Positions 42,727 to 46,698 of a DNA stretch of 46,698 nt are shown in pieces (the first letter of the stretch is position 1; every line of letters begins with the position of its first letter). The stretch spans positions 1-46,698 of the forward strand of contig JBDUDX010000093.1 of assembly GCA_040002735.1 (NCBI GenBank). The letters are read 5' to 3'. A program made the position numbers and the translations under genes. Source of the stretch: Frankiaceae bacterium (GTDB taxonomy: Bacteria; Actinomycetota; Actinomycetes; JADGOV01). The notes under the pieces were generated by a model, which was not told the DNA's origin, did not search any database, and was given only the letters and a program-made list of their open reading frames with translations.

Positions 42727-45700
42727 TTACGACCCGGCGGGGACGTAACCGAGAACGTCGACAGCAACATCGATCGGCGAACTGTCGCTGTAGAGCGAGA
42801 GCTCACCGTCGGTGCCCAGCTGAACGATGTCGAAGTTCGCGACATCACTGGTCTTGCTGACGTAGTTCAACGTGCTCACCGTCGCCACACCGCTGCCCGT
42901 GGGGTACACCCGCAGGTTTCCGTATCCGGTGCTGCCGGCCTTGTGGATGCCGGTGACGCTCACCAGAACCGCCTGAGCATCAGCCGGGACCCCACCGTGA
43001 CCGGCAACGGGGATGGACATCGCGTGGTTGGCGGTCAGGCTGCCGGTGTCGCGCGTATCCAATATGCGCTTCGGAACCGACGTCACCAGAGTGGATGTCG
43101 CCGGGTAGTACGCGAACGCATCGATGGCCACATTGGCGCTGGCGTGATCAGAGTAGACCCGGATCTTGCCATTTGCCGGCAGGTCCATGACGACGAACGC
43201 CGCCTTGTCCTGACCAACGATGTAGTTGATGTTGCTGGTGTTCGGGAGAGCTGCACCATCCGGGTAAACCCGCATGTTTCCCACCCGATTCGGGTCGATC
43301 GCGGTGATGTTCAATGCGACCGCCTTAGCACCAGGCGCAACGCCGCCGTTACCAGAAACCTGGAACACCTTGCTGGTGTTGGCGGCGATCGGACCGGTAC
43401 TGCCACCCAGACCTGTCCGAGTGTCCGCGACCCGACTCGGCGGGTCGAGTCCCTCGATGTTCGAAACAGGCAGACCGTTCTTAACGGTCCTGCTGGCCTT
43501 GCTGGCTCCTGCAGTCAAGGGAACGGTGCCCATCCTCGGGTAGTAGCCGGCGAAGTCGATGGCAACCGCCGCATTGCCGGTGTCGCTGTAAATCTTCATC
43601 GAGTTGCAGTCAGCCTGTGGGATGACTACGAAGTTGGCGACGTCCTTGCCCTTCTGGTAGTTGATCAGTGACGTATGCGGAACGGTTTCGTTGCCACAGG
43701 CCGGTCCGACCCGGAGGTTACCTGCGCTGGTCGGATTGATCGCCGTGACGTTGAAAGCGTAAGCAGCCGCATCGAAAGGCATGTCCGTACTGCCGTAGTA
43801 GAAGTAGTACAGCGTGTTCCGCACGAGCGTACGCGAGGAGGTGACATCGCCCTGCCCGGTCCGAGTGTCGACGACCCGACGCGGCGTCACCGGGACATAC
43901 TGGCCGCTGTAGGTGATGGTGGCGGCGTCAGAGATGCCGTCAACCGTCGCCGTCACCGTCTGAATACCGACCTGCGTCGACCGCACGTACACGGTCGCCA
44001 CGCCGGTGTTTTCATCCACCGTGGCGGTGGTGGTGCTGGTTCCGAGTGGCTTGCCAGCTGAATCGGTGAAGACACCGACTCCGCTGGTGGTGAAGCTCGC
44101 CGTCTTGCCATACAGCGGGTCGCCATGGGGGTCGGCCAGCGCGACCGATACTTGCTGCGTGTCGGCAGTCCCACCGGTGGCCGGATTCTGCGTGACACCC
44201 GCGTTGGCTGACTTTTCGAAGCCGGACGGCGTGTACGGACTCGTCATGGCGTACGAACCATTGGGGCCGTTGACGTCGACGTTGACCTGGTCCGCTTTGG
44301 CCGTACCGACGACCCAGTATTGATTGACGCTGTCGTCGGCCACATCCGTGCCAGTGCTGGTGAAGGCGCTGACCGACACCTCGTCACTGCCGCCGCTGGT
44401 GGCCGGTCCGACATCGGTGTAGGTGAAGGAAGCTCCGGTGCCGGTGGCGCCGGGATTGGTGCTCGGGTCATTGCGGGTGCCCGTCACGGTCCACACATAG
44501 GTGAGGCCGGTCACTGGGTCGCCGAATTGGTCGGTCACCTTGACCGTGTGGGTGGTGCTGCCCTTAGCTGGTGCGGTGTCCACGTGAGGTGTGATCACCG
44601 CATCAGAAGGCTGCCGAGCCTGCCATGTCACCGATGTGGCGCTGGTGACGCCAGGGTCCCCCACCAGCGATGCCGTCACGATGACGGAGTTTCCTGTCGC
44701 CGGCGTCGAGTTCGCGACCGTCACGACGACCTTGCCCGCGGCGTCGGTCACTCCGGTCGTCGGGCTGACCGAGTACTTCGCGCCCGGTGATGGGGTCGTG
44801 GTGAACGCCACGTTGTAGCCGGCCGCCGGGGTAGTCGCCGCCGTCTTGAGGGTGAAGGTGATCGGGACGCTGGTGGTATCCAGCGGGACGGTGAACGGGC
44901 CGCCGTTGGACAGGCCACCCGGAGAACTAAAGTCGGGCTCGGCAGCCACGACGACGGACGCCGTACCCCTGGGCTCGCCGGTGTCCAGTCCACCAGTGTT
45001 GATGGAGTGGTCACTCTGGTTGACGTACGCCCGCACGGTGTCGGTCCCCACCGTCGTGCCGGTGGCGAAGGTTGCCGTGGTGGATCCGGTGCCATTCGTC
45101 GCGCCCGCAACCAAGACGGCTCCTGACGCGTCGGGTCCGGCGGTCAGTTCGACTACTGGGGTGACGCCGGCAACCGGGTTGCCCTGGGCATTGCGCAGCG
45201 TGATGGTTGCCGACACGGGCTTGCTCGTGAACGCGTTCTGCGTTCCGGGAGTGACGTCGACGCTGGTCACGTCATTGACGCCCGCCGGGTTGACGGTGAG
45301 CAAGCTGGTGCTGGAGATGATGCCTCCGCTGCCATCCGCCGTTGCTTTCAGCGTGAGCGGCCCAGCCACCTTGGATGCGACGTAAACCGTCGCGGCGCCA
45401 GCGGTCGTGGTGCCGAGCCCGTCACCGGTGGTGACCGTGGCGGTGCCGGTGCCCGGGCCCGTGAAGGTGGCGCCCGGTGCTGGCGGCGTTGCCCTGATGC
45501 CGATGTCAGCCGGAAGGGCAGTTGGCTCGGTACCGGCGATCGTCACCGACGCATTCGGGACCGGGCGGCCGGCCGTGTCAGCCGCGGTGACCGTAAAGGC
45601 CTGGTAGCCGCCGACCCCGGCATTGGCCGAGCTTGGAGTCAGGGTAACCGAGTTGACCGCACCAGCGATGGTCAGCTTGGCCGTCGTGTTGGGGTCACCG

Positions 45701-46080
45701 GTCTGGTATGTACCAGTGTTTGCTGCGTCGTAGAAGAAGCGGACGGTGTCGACACCCACGCCGTTGGTGGAATCGTGAGCGACGCTGCAGACGTAGCTGC
45801 CGGCGTTGGGCGGGCATGCCGTACCGGTCAAGGTGCCGTCGGAATCCGGCCCACTCATGACATAGGCAAAGACGCCCTGCGCCGTCGTTGTGCCGTTCAG
45901 CGTGACCCTGAAAGTTGTCGCCGAACTCGGAGTGTTCGCCACGAAGGCTGCGTCAGGCGTGACGCCCAGCGCCGTGGGTTCTGCGGCGGAAGCGCTGGTT
46001 GCCCCAAGGACTGGCACCAACGCCCCTACCGTTGCGACAGCTGCAAAAGCAGCTGCGCGCGTTAGTGAGCTTCTCTTCAT
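42727..46080 (-). CDS. Secreted 1117-aa surface protein: signal peptide, multiple Big_1-like Ig repeats, three C-terminal ~120-aa modules of unnamed family
   Basis: ATG 46080 follows GGAAAGGA. Signal peptide MKRSSLTRAAAFAAVATVGALVPVLGATSASA. Ig-like units show up as FTVTAADTAGRPVPNASVTIAGT, ITLRNAQGNPVAGVTPVVELTAG, VKVTDQFGDPVTGLTYVWTVTG and VALADPHGDPLYGKTASFTTSG. The C-terminus has 3 x (RxxDTR ... NLRVYP ... S.(I/L)NY ... (A/V)IDxxGY). Stop is TAA. Confidence 0.75.
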   Translation of the reverse strand: MKRSSLTRAAAFAAVATVGALVPVLGATSASAAEPTALGVTPDAAFVANTPSSATTFRVTLNGTTTAQGVFAYVMSGPDSDGTLTGTACPPNAGSYVCSVAHDSTNGVGVDTVRFFYDAANTGTYQTGDPNTTAKLTIAGAVNSVTLTPSSANAGVGGYQAFTVTAADTAGRPVPNASVTIAGTEPTALPADIGIRATPPAPGATFTGPGTGTATVTTGDGLGTTTAGAATVYVASKVAGPLTLKATADGSGGIISSTSLLTVNPAGVNDVTSVDVTPGTQNAFTSKPVSATITLRNAQGNPVAGVTPVVELTAGPDASGAVLVAGATNGTGSTTATFATGTTVGTDTVRAYVNQSDHSINTGGLDTGEPRGTASVVVAAEPDFSSPGGLSNGGPFTVPLDTTSVPITFTLKTAATTPAAGYNVAFTTTPSPGAKYSVSPTTGVTDAAGKVVVTVANSTPATGNSVIVTASLVGDPGVTSATSVTWQARQPSDAVITPHVDTAPAKGSTTHTVKVTDQFGDPVTGLTYVWTVTGTRNDPSTNPGATGTGASFTYTDVGPATSGGSDEVSVSAFTSTGTDVADDSVNQYWVVGTAKADQVNVDVNGPNGSYAMTSPYTPSGFEKSANAGVTQNPATGGTADTQQVSVALADPHGDPLYGKTASFTTSGVGVFTDSAGKPLGTSTTTATVDENTGVATVYVRSTQVGIQTVTATVDGISDAATITYSGQYVPVTPRRVVDTRTGQGDVTSSRTLVRNTLYYFYYGSTDMPFDAAAYAFNVTAINPTSAGNLRVGPACGNETVPHTSLINYQKGKDVANFVVIPQADCNSMKIYSDTGNAAVAIDFAGYYPRMGTVPLTAGASKASRTVKNGLPVSNIEGLDPPSRVADTRTGLGGSTGPIAANTSKVFQVSGNGGVAPGAKAVALNITAIDPNRVGNMRVYPDGAALPNTSNINYIVGQDKAAFVVMDLPANGKIRVYSDHASANVAIDAFAYYPATSTLVTSVPKRILDTRDTGSLTANHAMSIPVAGHGGVPADAQAVLVSVTGIHKAGSTGYGNLRVYPTGSGVATVSTLNYVSKTSDVANFDIVQLGTDGELSLYSDSSPIDVAVDVLGYVPAGS

Positions 46081-46657
46081 GGTGTCCTTTCCGGACGTGG
46101 TCGGCCTGAGGCGGACCAAGGAGACGATGTATTGCGATGGTGCTGGAGACAATTCGGAACAAAACGAACCGATCAGCCCTTGGGCGAATCCCGCGGGGCA
46201 GGAGAGACACCCAGCGAGGCGAGCCTACTGTGAAGTTGCCGTTACTTGGCGCGGTTTCTTTGGAATGCCTGGGCCATAAGGGTGGTTGCAGACTGACGCA
46301 AGGATTACGCCCGAGTAACGAATGATTGGCGAGGTTCACCCGCTCTATCCGGGAATACCGCCCTTTGGTTCGGCGCTTTGCCTGTCACTTAGTCAGACCT
46401 GTAGCAGTTCGCAGATATTAGCCGGCTACAAGCCGAGGAGCTGGTCACACGAAGCGGCGGAGGCCGCGTCATTCGGGCTACATCGGGACGCCGCCCACAG
46501 ACCCATATGATCATCGATCTCTGGCCCACGTCGCATCCGAGCCGATTTCGTTCGCCCGTTTACCTGGCGGTTCGGCAAGGCCGTTGCAACGGTTAGGTAA
46601 CCCCCAGCCCCGGGGAGCCCGTTGTTACTACTCAGTGACGAGTCCCATGGAGGATGC

Positions 46658-46698
46658 ATGCTCAACCAGGATGACTACCGGACGCTGTCCGGCCGCAC
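46658..46698 (+). CDS. 5' end of an unidentified CDS running off the window
   Basis: GGAGGA at 46649..46654, then ATG 46658: MLNQDDYRTLSGR with G/C-rich third positions. Only 13 codons are visible. Confidence 0.3.
   Translation, partial: MLNQDDYRTLSGR

Noticed and set aside
1-46698. A search by eye for tRNA/rRNA genes, IS elements, integrases, phage genes, CRISPR arrays and known defence-system ATPases or nucleases.
   Set aside because: None were found. Every ORF over 300 aa with coding bias is accounted for by metabolic, regulatory, transport or envelope functions. The only conflict-type modules are VapBC and the small toxin-first pair.

Overview
High-GC (roughly 70%) actinobacterial chromosomal window, densely coding on both strands. 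I support about 50 genes. I saw no rRNA, tRNA, CRISPR array, transposase, integrase or recognisable defence island. From 0 to 33 kb there is a housekeeping/accessory mix. It contains two ArsR regulators, each translationally coupled to a decayed SRPBCC/AHSA1 gene. It also contains a NarL-type two-component operon whose kinase is broken, a CoA-transferase, DUF779, and a cysE-cysK-aldo/keto-reductase operon. Further genes are a GAF-GGDEF cyclase, PAC2, a secreted lytic transglycosylase, an NCS1 permease, VapBC, and a yegU/yegV-like ADP-ribosylglycohydrolase + PfkB kinase pair with a TauE/SafE permease. The same stretch holds NAD kinase, an MsrPQ-like molybdoenzyme/cytochrome b pair, an EamA transporter, a secreted metzincin with six FG-GAP repeats, a clear TPP riboswitch driving cytX-tenA, and a toxin-first TA-like pair. 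The most unusual part is 33.3-46.7 kb. It is a convergent envelope-glycosylation locus: a KpsS/KpsC-like protein, a 329-aa orphan, a 764-aa GT-C-like membrane protein, a methyltransferase, two GT2 enzymes, GtrA and an epimerase. These sit beside a 1117-aa secreted Ig-repeat protein ending in three copies of a module I cannot name. A structured leader with a C-rich hairpin loop lies just upstream of the locus. Five genes in the window carry frameshifts or truncations, which is either real gene decay or assembly indels. All functional calls come from reading the supplied translations by eye. No database search was run.
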